A DNA stretch of 64,000 nt from an uncultured Acidobacteriota bacterium (GCA_963713825.1 CAVQNG010000025.1:224001-288000), one strand, 5' to 3'. Shown: positions 1-10,408, numbered from the stretch's first letter. Made by a program: numbers and translations. Notes: a model not told the origin generated them from the sequence alone.

Positions 1-2
1 AG

Positions 3-2828
3 AATCGATTCACCGAGGCGCTGAGAAGTGGTCGGCGGGCCCTGGAGCTCGAGCCCGACAACCCCATGGCCCACTACTTCTTGGGCGTATCACTATGGCT
101 TCGGGCCATTCTCGATCACCAGACAGAGGGTTATGAGGAGGCAACAAGACACCTCCGACGAACCACTGAAGTGCTTCCCAAGTACCAGTCGGCTTATCAG
201 GTACTGGCGGATATCTGCAGTCGTCGCGGTGAGTACGAAGAGGCTGAACGGTACTTGAAGACCGCGATGCAGATCGAAGAGTCAGGGGAATTCGATATGG
301 CGAGGTTCGTCGGCTCGCTTGCCCACATGGGACAGCTGGCGCTGCGGCGTGGGGACCTGGACACAGCCGAGGAGCTATACCTCAGACAGCTGAAGCTCAT
401 TGAGGCGACCGATCACGTCTATAGCCCATCCTACGGTGCCATGACTCTCTGTTTTCTGGGCGAGATTGCCGAAAGACGTCACCAACACGACTCGGCGCTC
501 GACCACTTTCGCCGGGCCGCCTCTCAGATTTCGACGACTCCGACGTCCCTGGGAATCGGCTGGGTAGAGATCCGGGCTCGCCTCGGGCGAGCCCGGATCT
601 TCCGGAGTTTGGGCATGCGCCGAGAGGAGGATCAAAGCCTGCAGCAAGCGCTCGCGCTGTTCCGGGGTCGTGAGGGCTACGATTTCAGCGGCCTCTTCCT
701 ACACGGTGACGGGGAATTCTGGGCCGATCTGGCGGCCTATCAGGTGTCGGCCAGCCGTTCCAAGGACGCCCTTGCCTCATTGGAAAAGGCAGTCGAATGT
801 GGCTGGCTGGAGACCGCCCGATTGAAGTGGGATCCGGACCTTCGGCAGCTGCAGAGCGATTCTGAAGCACACACAAGGATCGAGAAGATTCTGGCCCGAC
901 GCCAGGAGATAGGTCGACCAAACCACCCACCTCCCGTGTACGAGCTGTTTGGTGAGTCTCGGAAAGGCGGTGAGACCTCCCCAGCTCGCGACGCAACCAG
1001 GCCACTGAAGGGTATCGAGGCCCCACCCCGACCTGAATCTCGATGGAGACACTGGTTGATGGTGATCGCTGCAGTAGCTGTGCTCGTCGTCTGCGGTATC
1101 GCGGCTCGCCGATGGATTCGAGATCGACACGAGGCAACGGACACCAGTGAGACCGCCGTGGTTCGTTCTGGGGAGACATCGGAGCCGGCGGCGAAGCTCG
1201 TTGCCAGGCGGGTTCTGGTGGCGCCCTTCGAGAATCGTACAGGCGATCCTTCGCTGAGTAGCCTGGGCCTCATGGCCTCCGACTGGATTACACGCGGACT
1301 CGCTCAGACCGGGTTGGTGGAAGCGGTGTCGCCGATCACGGCTGTTAGCTCCGCCCGCTTTGTCGCGCAGGAAACCGGAGCGACAGACGAACGAGAGAGG
1401 ATAGCGGCTCTGGCAGCGGAGACCGGTGCCGGTACCGTGGTCACTGGAGCCATCTACCGTCAAGGCGAGGAGATCCTGATTGCAGCCCAGGTCACCGATA
1501 CGATCACAATGCGCCTCCTCGGCGCTCTGGAGCCGAGTCGCGCACCGATCGGAGAGCCCTTGGTCGCCGTCGAGAATCTGCAATCGCGGATCATGGCCTC
1601 GGTGGCAACTCGTCTGGATTCGCGACTCGCCTCGCTCGCCAGACCCTCTGACTTGCCCAATTACGAGGCTTACAACGAGTACTCCCAGGGGCTAGAGCGA
1701 TTCATTCTTCTGGACTTCAGGGGTGCAGCGAACCGCTGGACCAGGGCCAACGCACTGGACTCCTCTTTCATTCGTCCGTTGCTACTTGCTGCCATGGCCT
1801 ACCTCAATCTCTCGGAGTGGGAGACGGCTGACGGACTCGTTCAGAAGGTGGCACCCCATCGCAGCTCCCTGTCGGTGTTGGATCAACTGCTCTTGGATCG
1901 ACTCGTGTCCACCTTCGAGCCCGACTTTGAAGGAGCTCTTGCAGCCATGCGTCGCTCGGCAGAGCTGAATCCCCAGGGCCCCGGAGCCTTCGATGCAGGA
2001 GCTTTGGCCCTGATCACGAATCGCCCTCGCGAGGCAGTAGAGCGGCTCGAAGCCATCGACTTCGAGCGCGGGTTCTATCGAGGATTTGCTCCCTATTGGC
2101 ACTTTCTGACGGAGGCGTATCACCTCCTCGGAGATCATGCAGAAGAGGTCCAGAAAGCGCGCCTGGCTCGGGAGCTATATCCGAGTCGTCTGTCTGCTGT
2201 CTGGTGGGAGGCACGAGCGCGTGTCGCTATGGGTGATCTCGCGACAGTCAGGGAACTGATAGGAGTTGACGCTGGCAACGGCGTGTTCGAAAAGACAGCC
2301 GGCTCTGTGATGATTGCGTCTGCCGGTGAGCTGGGGGCCCATGGTTATCCGGAAGAGGCAGTGGAGATCGCGGCAGCAGCGGTGGAGTGGTACAACCTCC
2401 GCCTCGAGTCCGAAGGAGCAGATCGTGTAGCACGCGCCGGCAGAGCCGAGGCCCTGTTCGCAGCGGCAAGGTGGAAGGAGGCCGAAGAGGAGTTTGTAAA
2501 GCTCGCCGAGGACGACCCCGATGACCTGACCACCAGGGGCTACCTAGGTCTCCTGGCGGCAGGCCGGGGTGACAGCGTCACGGCTCAGGAAGTCTCGAGC
2601 TGGTTCGAACAGCTGGACCGACCCTACCTGTGGGGAGCGCCCTACTACTGGCGAGCAGCCATCGCCGCCTGGAGTGGAGACATGGACCGTGCGCTGCAGC
2701 TATTCCGCGATTCAGCGGCTCACGGCCGGGCTCTGGCAGGGTCGTTCCCTCCTCCCCATTCCGACCCTGTTCTGCAGCCGCTCTGGAACTATCCGCCCTT
2801 CCAGAAGTTCATCGAGCCGAAAGGGTAG
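3..2828 (+). CDS. TPR / TolB-like-N / TPR membrane protein (5'-truncated; probable C-terminal part of a receptor-type signalling protein)
   Basis: Frame is open from base 3 (NRFTEALRSGRRALELEPDNPMAH...). TPR-like helices, one TM segment (WLMVIAAVAVLVVCGIAA), a VLVAPFENRTGD TolB-like/FlgO-type segment, then more TPRs ending DPVLQPLWNYPPF. Confidence 0.75.
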   Translation, partial: NRFTEALRSGRRALELEPDNPMAHYFLGVSLWLRAILDHQTEGYEEATRHLRRTTEVLPKYQSAYQVLADICSRRGEYEEAERYLKTAMQIEESGEFDMARFVGSLAHMGQLALRRGDLDTAEELYLRQLKLIEATDHVYSPSYGAMTLCFLGEIAERRHQHDSALDHFRRAASQISTTPTSLGIGWVEIRARLGRARIFRSLGMRREEDQSLQQALALFRGREGYDFSGLFLHGDGEFWADLAAYQVSASRSKDALASLEKAVECGWLETARLKWDPDLRQLQSDSEAHTRIEKILARRQEIGRPNHPPPVYELFGESRKGGETSPARDATRPLKGIEAPPRPESRWRHWLMVIAAVAVLVVCGIAARRWIRDRHEATDTSETAVVRSGETSEPAAKLVARRVLVAPFENRTGDPSLSSLGLMASDWITRGLAQTGLVEAVSPITAVSSARFVAQETGATDERERIAALAAETGAGTVVTGAIYRQGEEILIAAQVTDTITMRLLGALEPSRAPIGEPLVAVENLQSRIMASVATRLDSRLASLARPSDLPNYEAYNEYSQGLERFILLDFRGAANRWTRANALDSSFIRPLLLAAMAYLNLSEWETADGLVQKVAPHRSSLSVLDQLLLDRLVSTFEPDFEGALAAMRRSAELNPQGPGAFDAGALALITNRPREAVERLEAIDFERGFYRGFAPYWHFLTEAYHLLGDHAEEVQKARLARELYPSRLSAVWWEARARVAMGDLATVRELIGVDAGNGVFEKTAGSVMIASAGELGAHGYPEEAVEIAAAAVEWYNLRLESEGADRVARAGRAEALFAAARWKEAEEEFVKLAEDDPDDLTTRGYLGLLAAGRGDSVTAQEVSSWFEQLDRPYLWGAPYYWRAAIAAWSGDMDRALQLFRDSAAHGRALAGSFPPPHSDPVLQPLWNYPPFQKFIEPKG

Positions 2829-2861
2829 TGAGGCAGTAGAGCGTCGAGGGTTCGCTGAGAG

Positions 2862-3866
2862 TCAACTGTTCTTGTCTTCGGTGGCTGTTGCCAAAGCGGC
2901 CGCGGTGTCCTGCTGTGGCTTCTTCAGAAAGCGCTGGCGGTGGAACTCGATCCCGGTGAGCCACTGCATGGAGTTACCCGCTCCGCTGGCGTATCCAGCC
3001 ATCTCGCCCAAGCCGTCGAAACCCAGCAGGACAGTCAGGATCGGCAAGACACGAAGAAGGAGATTCGATCGCCCCGAGCTGACCAGGGTCCGGGCGGAGC
3101 GCCATGTCCGGATCAGTGGAATCAACGGAGAGGCCGCAGTGAACAGAAGGCGCTTGCCGAAACCCCATTCGCGAGCGCGATTGGCTGCGAAGAGACGTCC
3201 ACCGTGGTAGCGCAACTTGATCGAGGGCCCGAATCGGGCGAAGTTGAGGTGAACCATTCGGGCTTGCGGTTCGAGATAGAAACGTCCACCTCGGGTCGCC
3301 AAATCCCACTGCATGGCGCTCTCAGCCTGGAGGATCTCGGGCAGTCGATCACCATAGGCGAGTAGGAGCTCCTTCTTGTAGCTGCTGTTGTGACCTCCGA
3401 TGTGGTGGATCTCGCCGCCCTTCTGAGGATCGATCCAGTCACCGTACTCGATCACGAAGTTGGCCCAGGAAACGGCGCTTCCCGGGTTGGCATTCCTGAA
3501 CAGTGCGCCCACGCCAGCCCACGGCTCGGCGTGCCGGGCGATGAGAGCCGCCGCCCAGCCGCGCGCCGGAAAGCAGTGATCCTCGGTCAGAGCGATGACC
3601 GGTGCCGAGGCAGCCCTGATTCCAACCACCCTCATCTCGGCAGAGGAGTGAGTCGCAGCGCACTCGATGTAGTGCCACGCAGCGAATTCGCCGAAGTCTG
3701 TAGCTTCGAGATCGGCTCCAACCGCGGGCGGACCGACGACCAGGACTTCCATCAGGGTGCTGGCGGTCTGGCGCCGTAGCGCAGTGAGAGTCGTTCTCAG
3801 GGTCTCGAAAGAGTCGGGGGATACCATCACCACCGACAGCGCAGCTTCTTGTGGGTTCGCGGTCAT
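2862..3866 (-). CDS. Glycosyltransferase family 2 protein
   Basis: LSVVMVS N-terminal strand, IALTEDHC (DxD-like) motif, hydrophobic C-terminus. Start placed at MTANPQ. Confidence 0.75.
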   Translation of the reverse strand: MTANPQEAALSVVMVSPDSFETLRTTLTALRRQTASTLMEVLVVGPPAVGADLEATDFGEFAAWHYIECAATHSSAEMRVVGIRAASAPVIALTEDHCFPARGWAAALIARHAEPWAGVGALFRNANPGSAVSWANFVIEYGDWIDPQKGGEIHHIGGHNSSYKKELLLAYGDRLPEILQAESAMQWDLATRGGRFYLEPQARMVHLNFARFGPSIKLRYHGGRLFAANRAREWGFGKRLLFTAASPLIPLIRTWRSARTLVSSGRSNLLLRVLPILTVLLGFDGLGEMAGYASGAGNSMQWLTGIEFHRQRFLKKPQQDTAAALATATEDKNS

Positions 3867-4068
3867 GTCCTTCCGATCGGTTCGAGAGTCAGCGAGAGGA
3901 ACTCCCCGGGGAGGAGCCCCAGATTCGTGTGCGATGCTCTGCACCTTATAGAATCGCCGCACTCTCGGGCAGGACGGCGAGGCCGAGGGAATTATGGGCC
4001 AGGTGGAAGCGGGCGGCAAGGGAAGCGCAACACTGAGACCAGGGAATCCAAGGGTGTTCAGGAATTCG

Positions 4069-5292
4069 ATGAGGCTCATCTCGCACGTTCGGGTACGACC
4101 GTGGATCGCTCCCTGCCTGCTCGGTCTGGCGTGCCTCTCCTGCTCGGCAACCGACTCGGAGCCACCTGTGGCGGTGTCGAATCCGCTTTTCGTGGAGCCG
4201 GCTTCGCGGGACTTTTCCAAGAACCCGGATCTGCTCGAGAGGATCGTCGAGAGCCCCCACGGCTATCTTCGATTCATCAACATCCAGTTCACGCAGGACG
4301 TGTGTCGACAGTTCGCGGGCAGCCTGTCCCAGTACCCTCCCTTCAACCTGCATGGCGATGCCCACCTGGAGCAGTATGCGGTGACCGACCTGGGCCGTGG
4401 GCTGACGGACTTCGACGACTCGTCCAGTGGGCCGGCGGTTGTGGATCTGGTGAGATTCGGCGTGTCTTTGCGCTTGGCGTTGGCGGCACACGGTTGGACA
4501 GATCGGGCCGAAGAGGTACTGGATGCGTTCTTGTTGGGATATCGGACGGCACTAGCGGATCCGTCGGTGGAGGCCCCAGAACCGGTCGTTGTCGGACGGC
4601 TCCAGGCCGGCTTCGAGTACGATCGTGAAAAGTACTTCGAGTGGGTCGAGGAGATCTCGGATCCAGTTCCCGCGGTGGAACAAGTCGAGCTTCTAGAGGC
4701 CATGCGGCACTACTTCGACAACCTGCGGGCCCAGTATCCGAGCCTGGATGCAGGCTTTCTGAAGGTGGAGCGTGTCGGTTATCTCAAGCTGGGGATCGGC
4801 AGCGCATTGGACACCAAGTACCTCGTCCAGATTCGTGGTGAGAGCGATGCGATCACGGATGACCTGGTTCTCGAGCTCAAGCAGGTTCGCGACTTGGCCG
4901 GTATCGAGTGTGTTGCGGCGGGTCAGGGGTCGGACCCTTACCGGATCCTGGTTGGCCAGTCCATCGCCTATCAGCCCTATTCCATGCTGGGCTACGTCCA
5001 TTTTCGCGACGTATCCTTCTGGGCCCATGCCTGGGTCGACAACTACCGTGAGCTGGACATCGATCAGACGATCGAGACCGTGGAGGAGCTCCTGGAAGTG
5101 GCCTACGACGTGGGGGTCCAGCTGGGACTGGGGCATCCGAACCAGTACGAGGAGCCGCTGGCTCTCCAGTTGCGCCGTGAGCAGGTGCGCCTCTTGGACA
5201 GGGACGAAGCTCAGATCAAGGAAGCGTCCCGGCAGCTTACGACGCAGATCGAGCAAGCCTGGCGCGACTTCTCCTCACGGGCCCAGCAGTAG
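4069..5292 (+). CDS. DUF2252-family kinase-like protein with predicted lipoprotein signal
   Basis: SPHGYLRF, HGDAHLEQY, DFDDS, GIGSALD and LVLELKQ motifs of DUF2252. N-terminal LLGLACLSC lipobox-like sequence. Confidence 0.7.
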   Translation: MRLISHVRVRPWIAPCLLGLACLSCSATDSEPPVAVSNPLFVEPASRDFSKNPDLLERIVESPHGYLRFINIQFTQDVCRQFAGSLSQYPPFNLHGDAHLEQYAVTDLGRGLTDFDDSSSGPAVVDLVRFGVSLRLALAAHGWTDRAEEVLDAFLLGYRTALADPSVEAPEPVVVGRLQAGFEYDREKYFEWVEEISDPVPAVEQVELLEAMRHYFDNLRAQYPSLDAGFLKVERVGYLKLGIGSALDTKYLVQIRGESDAITDDLVLELKQVRDLAGIECVAAGQGSDPYRILVGQSIAYQPYSMLGYVHFRDVSFWAHAWVDNYRELDIDQTIETVEELLEVAYDVGVQLGLGHPNQYEEPLALQLRREQVRLLDRDEAQIKEASRQLTTQIEQAWRDFSSRAQQ

Positions 5293-5300
5293 CGTTTTGG

Positions 5301-6647
5301 TCATTCGACCAGGCGAATGCCCTTCGCCTCCGGTGACAGGGTGATGGACTGTGGAAGGTGAAGACCGTCCAGCCAGACAATGCGCTGCCGGTCCAACTGT
5401 TTCGACAGGGCCTTGTAGGCCCCGATGAGTCTCTGGCGGTTCGAGATGTCCACTGTGGTTCCCCAAGGTCCCACCTTCGCGGACTTCGCCACAGGCGTCC
5501 AGACCGCGATTGGCACCCGCAAGTGGCGCAGAAATCCAAGGGCGTCGGAGGGCGACAGCTGGCTGTGATCCACCGGGTCGGGACCGACAATCAGGAGCAC
5601 CAACCTGCGCCGATCCGGCTTCGCGGCCTCCATCCCTGCCACCGCCACGGCGTCGGCCAACCGCTGGTGCTGCGGGTTGGCGGTGCGCGGAAGGACGGAG
5701 GCGAAGAGCCACAGAAGTTTGCCGTCTTGGCGAGAGATTCGCGGCGAAGGCGGAAAGAGCTGATACCGGTAGCGTTCGCGCTCGACCTGTCGGGCCACGG
5801 GAGTGACAAAGCGCAGGTCGTGGTCTTCCTTCAGGAGGGCATCCCGGGGTGTTTCGGTACCCCCCGCGCTTATGATCACCGAGTTGTCACGGAGCCGATC
5901 TACCTTTCCCGCGACAGTGATCGGCCCGATTGCAGCCCGCTGGCGGAGAGTCTCGATCGTCGCCAGGTCGCGGACCACGATGATGTCGGTCCTGCCCTTC
6001 TCGACGGCCCTGACTTCGAGGGGCTCTCCCGAGATCGAGAACCAGTCCCGCATCTCGCTGATCGGCGGCAGCCCTCTTCGTCCCGCCACGAGGACCGGTA
6101 TGGCGGTGAGCTCGGTGGCCACCCTGTCGGTGTAGGGACCGCCGAAGACAGCCTCGGCGCCAACTTCGAGGTTGCCGGAGAACCGCAGCTCGACGCGCAG
6201 GAGGTGGGTTTGCTCGAGATCGACTCGCGGCAGATCGAATCGCCTGGTATCAACCACTTCGAGAGGCTGTCCGTCCAGCTCGATGTCGACCGATTCGGGC
6301 TCGGGATGCTCCGTCATGCTTTCCCATGCGACTCGGGCTTGCATCCCCTGGCCCTCGGTGCTTCGATCGATGAGGATCGAAACCCGGGCCTGCTGGGTCG
6401 AGGTATTGATCCATTGATCGACCCGACCGATTTCGGTGCCTGAGCTACCAAACGCCACGGCTTCCAAGACGTGGGGTGCAAGCTCCTCTCCAAGGTCCAC
6501 GGTGAGCTGCCAAGGTGGCTGATTAAGGCGGCCTACCACTTGGTGGTCCAGAACGACTTCGATCGCCGCGACATTGTCGTGGACGAGCAACTCGACCTGT
6601 TGGGGTCCGAGGATCAGTCCGAGAAAGAGAGTGGCGAACTCGATCAT
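5301..6647 (-). CDS. Hypothetical Ig-like plus degenerate VWA-like protein
   Basis: N-terminal segment (LDHQVVGRLNQPPWQLTVDLG...EAVAFGSSGTEIGR) aligns by eye with the Ig-like segment of the VWA protein at 26557-29751. C-terminus LADAVAVAG...RRLVLLIVG resembles a VWA C-terminal half. Confidence 0.55.
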   Translation of the reverse strand: MIEFATLFLGLILGPQQVELLVHDNVAAIEVVLDHQVVGRLNQPPWQLTVDLGEELAPHVLEAVAFGSSGTEIGRVDQWINTSTQQARVSILIDRSTEGQGMQARVAWESMTEHPEPESVDIELDGQPLEVVDTRRFDLPRVDLEQTHLLRVELRFSGNLEVGAEAVFGGPYTDRVATELTAIPVLVAGRRGLPPISEMRDWFSISGEPLEVRAVEKGRTDIIVVRDLATIETLRQRAAIGPITVAGKVDRLRDNSVIISAGGTETPRDALLKEDHDLRFVTPVARQVERERYRYQLFPPSPRISRQDGKLLWLFASVLPRTANPQHQRLADAVAVAGMEAAKPDRRRLVLLIVGPDPVDHSQLSPSDALGFLRHLRVPIAVWTPVAKSAKVGPWGTTVDISNRQRLIGAYKALSKQLDRQRIVWLDGLHLPQSITLSPEAKGIRLVE

Positions 6648-6853
6648 GAGCTGGACATGCCTTCTCCAAGCCTCGCGGGCGCAAGAGCGCGGCTCGTCGA
6701 TTCCGTGGTTCTCGATGGCTGCACCCAGTCTATCCGCACTCTTAGAAACTTCAGTGCCGCCGAAGTGCGCGTTTACGGCATTGGGGCCGAAGGGCGTAGG
6801 ATAGGGGGCACACGGAAGACCACTACGAGCCGGGAGCTGAGTGAGAGGAGTCG

Positions 6854-7927
6854 ATGATGCGACGACGAAGGCTTCGAGCCGATTGGGTGGGTGTGATGGC
6901 CTGTGTCACGGCTGCTGCTATCGGCTGTTCGCCCGCTGTCGATGAGCCCAGTGTCGAGGCGGAAGCGGGGGAATTTTACGATCTGACAGGTGACTACCTG
7001 GGACAGGAGCTACCGGGCCAGACTCCCAAGCTCTTCGCACCGGGCATCGTCTCGACCGGACTGTCGGAGCGGGATGTGGCCATCACTCCCGACGGCAACG
7101 AGATCTACTACTCTGGCGTGGTTGGGGCCAATCACAATTTCAGTGCCATCCTCGTCGTGAAACGCGTCGAAGGTCGGTGGTCGAAGCCAGAAGTGGCCCC
7201 CTTTTCAGGCCACTTCATGGACCTCGAGCCGGCGATCTCACCGGACGGGCAGCGGTTCTTCTTCCTCTCGAATCGGCCTCTCCCGGGGTCGTCAGAGCCG
7301 CATGGCAGCGAAGACATTTGGGTCATGGAGCGCACCGACGGGGGCTGGAGTGAGCCATCGAATCTCGGCCCGCCAGTCAATTCGGCAGCCCCTGAGTTCT
7401 TTCCTTCAGTGACCCGGGATGGAACTCTCTATTTCACCCGTCGTGGCGAGGGCCGCAGCGAGACCATCTTCCGATCGCGCTTCGTGGACGGTGCCTATGC
7501 CGAGCCCGAGGAGCTGGGTCCGGAAGTGAACTCGGGACAAACCCAGTTCAACGCCTTCATCGCACCGGATGAGAGCTACTTGCTGGTCTGCGTCTGGGGT
7601 CGTGACGACAGCCTCGGCGGGGTCGATTACTACGTCGTCTTTCGGTCAGCTGACGATGTGTGGTCGGAGCCCATCAATCTGGGCGAAGGGATCAATATGG
7701 CCGAGGGCTCGGAGTGGTCTCCATCGGTGTCACCCGATGGCAGGTACCTCTTCTTCATGTCGTCACGCGCCACGATCCAGAAGGGGCACTCGCCCGATAG
7801 GCTCGACTACGCGGACATGCAGCGTTTGCACGATTTGCCGATGAACGGAAACTCCGATATCTGGTGGGTGGATGCCGAGGTGATCAGCAGACTGAGGCCG
7901 GAAGAGACTGGTGAAGCTGCTCCTTGA
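6854..7927 (+). CDS. WD40-like (PD40) beta-propeller lipoprotein, TolB-like
   Basis: Lipobox AAAIGC. Repeated ITPDGNEIYY, PAISPDGQRFFF, PSVSPDGRYLFF and WSEPxNLG motifs. GAGGAG RBS. Confidence 0.8.
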   Translation: MMRRRRLRADWVGVMACVTAAAIGCSPAVDEPSVEAEAGEFYDLTGDYLGQELPGQTPKLFAPGIVSTGLSERDVAITPDGNEIYYSGVVGANHNFSAILVVKRVEGRWSKPEVAPFSGHFMDLEPAISPDGQRFFFLSNRPLPGSSEPHGSEDIWVMERTDGGWSEPSNLGPPVNSAAPEFFPSVTRDGTLYFTRRGEGRSETIFRSRFVDGAYAEPEELGPEVNSGQTQFNAFIAPDESYLLVCVWGRDDSLGGVDYYVVFRSADDVWSEPINLGEGINMAEGSEWSPSVSPDGRYLFFMSSRATIQKGHSPDRLDYADMQRLHDLPMNGNSDIWWVDAEVISRLRPEETGEAAP

Positions 7928-7939
7928 GGTGAGACGGAC

Positions 7940-10408
7940 ATGATCGGCAACACGATCGCTCATTACCGGATTCTCGAGTTGATCGGGAAGGGAGGAATGG
8001 GAGAGGTCTATCTGGCCGAGGATCTGGAGCTGGGGCGACAGATCGCGTTGAAGATGCTGCCGCCCCAGCTGGTGAACGAGCCTGACCGATTGGAGCGCTT
8101 CCGACGCGAGGCCAAGACTCTGGCCGCCCTCAACCACCCCAACATCGTCACCATCCACTCCGTGGAAACCGTCGATCTCGAAGCTCCAGGACCCAAGCCC
8201 CAGGACCCAGGGCAAGAAGGCCAGGCGCCGCCGGGCTCTTCGCCCCTTCATTTCCTCACCATGGAGCTCGTGGACGGCAGGACACTTGCGGACTCGATTC
8301 CTCCTGGCGGGCTTGCTGCGGAGAGAATCCTCGAACTGAGTGTCCCACTCGCCGATGCCTTGGCCAGGGCGCATGCGACTGGAATCGTCCACCGGGATCT
8401 GAAACCGGGCAACGTCATGGTGACCTCCGATGGTCGAGTCAAGGTCCTCGATTTTGGCTTGGCGAAGCTGCGAGGCGTTTCGTTGGCCGACGGGGAGACC
8501 CAGTTGGCTACAGAGGGGATCACAGGGGAGGGGCGAGTCCTCGGGACTGTTCCTTATATGTCTCCGGAGCAGGTCGTCGGCAGGGGGGTGGATCCGCGAT
8601 CCGACGTCTTCTCTCTGGGTGTGATGCTGTTCGAGATGGCGACTGGCAAGAGACCGTTTCGGGGCGAATCCTCGCCAGATCTGATCTCCTCGATCTTGCG
8701 GGATACGCCCAAGCGCGTCGATCTCCTGAACGAAGACCTGCCGCATCATCTGGCGCGGGTGATCGGACGCTGTCTCGAGAAGGATCCCGAGAGGCGCTAC
8801 CAGTCGGCGATCGACGTGCGCAACGAGCTGTCAGATCTCGCCCGGGAGCTCGATACGAAAGCGGTGCTCGAGGAGCACGCTGTTCCTGTGACGGTCACGG
8901 AACGGCCCTCGATACAGGGCTGGTTGCTGGGAATCGCGGCGATCGTCGCCATGATCCTGGTGGCTTCGGTCGCGGCCTATAAATTGGTCAAAACCCGTCG
9001 TCCCGGTTCGATCGCGAGTCAGACCACCGCGATTCGGTCGCTAGCTGTGCTGCCTTTCGACAATCTGATGAACGATCCGGAGCAGGACTACTTAGTCGAC
9101 GGGATGCACGAGGCTTTGATTACTGATCTGGCGAAGATCTCGGACCTGAAAGTAATCTCCCGAACGTCAGCAATGCGTTACAAGGGGTCGGACAAGACCC
9201 TGCCGGAGATCGCTCGCGAGCTGGGAGTCGAGGCACTGGTCGAAGGCTCGGTCCTGCGGGCCGAGGGCCAGGTGCGCATCACGGCTCAGCTCATCGATGG
9301 CGCCAGCGACGAGCACCTGTGGGCCGAGAGCTACGACCGTGATTTGGCGAACCTCCTCGCTCTTCTGAGCGACGTGGCCCGTGCCATCGCCACGGAGATC
9401 GAGGTCGAGCTGACCCAGGAGCAGGAAAGGCTGCTGACCTCGAAGACGGCGGTGAATCCAGAGGTGCAAGAGCTCTACCTGAAAGGCCGCTCGCTGCTGA
9501 GTCGGTTCGAGATGAAGCACATCCCCGAGGCGAGGCGGTTCTTCGAGCAGGTGCTGGCGATTGACCCCGATTTTGCTCCTGCGATCTCAGGTCTGGCGAG
9601 CTGCGATTTCTTGCTTGGATTCTTCGGGAGACTGCCTTTCGAGGCAGCGATGCCGGCAGCCGAAAAGGGGTTCCGGAGGGCTCTGGAGCTCGATCCCGAC
9701 CTGAGCCAAGCCCGGTCACTTCTCGGCTGGGTGAAGATGTTCTACCACTGGGACATCGCAGGAGGCGTCGAAGAGTTCGATCGGGCCCTGAGAATCGACC
9801 CCAATGATCCGATCGCCAGACACGGGATGGCCGACTACTACATGATTCTCGGAGATCGCGAGCGGTCCGTGGAGGAGGTGATGGCGGCTCGCAGGGTCGA
9901 CCCACTTTCTCGCGTTACGGTGATTCCAGTGATCGGTCACTTGATGATGGCTCGTCGCTACGAAGAGGCGCTCGACGAGACCCGCCAATGGATGGAGCTC
10001 TTCCCCGACGACAAAGGGGTGATTCTCACTTGGCTACCGATGATTCTCAAGCTGCAAGGTCGTTATGAAGAAGCCCTCGAGGAGGAGCGCAGCCTCTACC
10101 CTCCCGACTCCGGTTACCTCAAGGCTGTGGAACAGGGGTTCGAGGATGGGGGACCACGAGGCGCTGATCGGGCTGCGGGAGACTATCTGGCCAGCCGGTC
10201 ATCGCCATCGCCGATTCTGGTCGCGAGGACCTACGCTGCTGCTGGGGAGGTCGATCTGGCGTTCGAATGGCTAGATCGGGCATACGCGGTACGGGAACCT
10301 CAGCTTCTGCACGTAGTCGCCTATCCGCAATTCGACGCGATTCGCTCCGACCCGCGGTACGAGGAGCTGTTACGACGGATCGGCATCTTCCAAGAGCCAG
10401 AGGCATGA
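7940..10408 (+). CDS. Hanks-type Ser/Thr protein kinase with TM helix, TolB-like-N domain and TPRs
   Basis: GKGGMGEVY, ALKML, HRDLKPGN, DFGLAK and GTVPYMSPEQ motifs. TM segment WLLGIAAIVAMILVASVAAY, then SLAVLPFDNL and TPRs. Confidence 0.95.
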   Translation: MIGNTIAHYRILELIGKGGMGEVYLAEDLELGRQIALKMLPPQLVNEPDRLERFRREAKTLAALNHPNIVTIHSVETVDLEAPGPKPQDPGQEGQAPPGSSPLHFLTMELVDGRTLADSIPPGGLAAERILELSVPLADALARAHATGIVHRDLKPGNVMVTSDGRVKVLDFGLAKLRGVSLADGETQLATEGITGEGRVLGTVPYMSPEQVVGRGVDPRSDVFSLGVMLFEMATGKRPFRGESSPDLISSILRDTPKRVDLLNEDLPHHLARVIGRCLEKDPERRYQSAIDVRNELSDLARELDTKAVLEEHAVPVTVTERPSIQGWLLGIAAIVAMILVASVAAYKLVKTRRPGSIASQTTAIRSLAVLPFDNLMNDPEQDYLVDGMHEALITDLAKISDLKVISRTSAMRYKGSDKTLPEIARELGVEALVEGSVLRAEGQVRITAQLIDGASDEHLWAESYDRDLANLLALLSDVARAIATEIEVELTQEQERLLTSKTAVNPEVQELYLKGRSLLSRFEMKHIPEARRFFEQVLAIDPDFAPAISGLASCDFLLGFFGRLPFEAAMPAAEKGFRRALELDPDLSQARSLLGWVKMFYHWDIAGGVEEFDRALRIDPNDPIARHGMADYYMILGDRERSVEEVMAARRVDPLSRVTVIPVIGHLMMARRYEEALDETRQWMELFPDDKGVILTWLPMILKLQGRYEEALEEERSLYPPDSGYLKAVEQGFEDGGPRGADRAAGDYLASRSSPSPILVARTYAAAGEVDLAFEWLDRAYAVREPQLLHVVAYPQFDAIRSDPRYEELLRRIGIFQEPEA

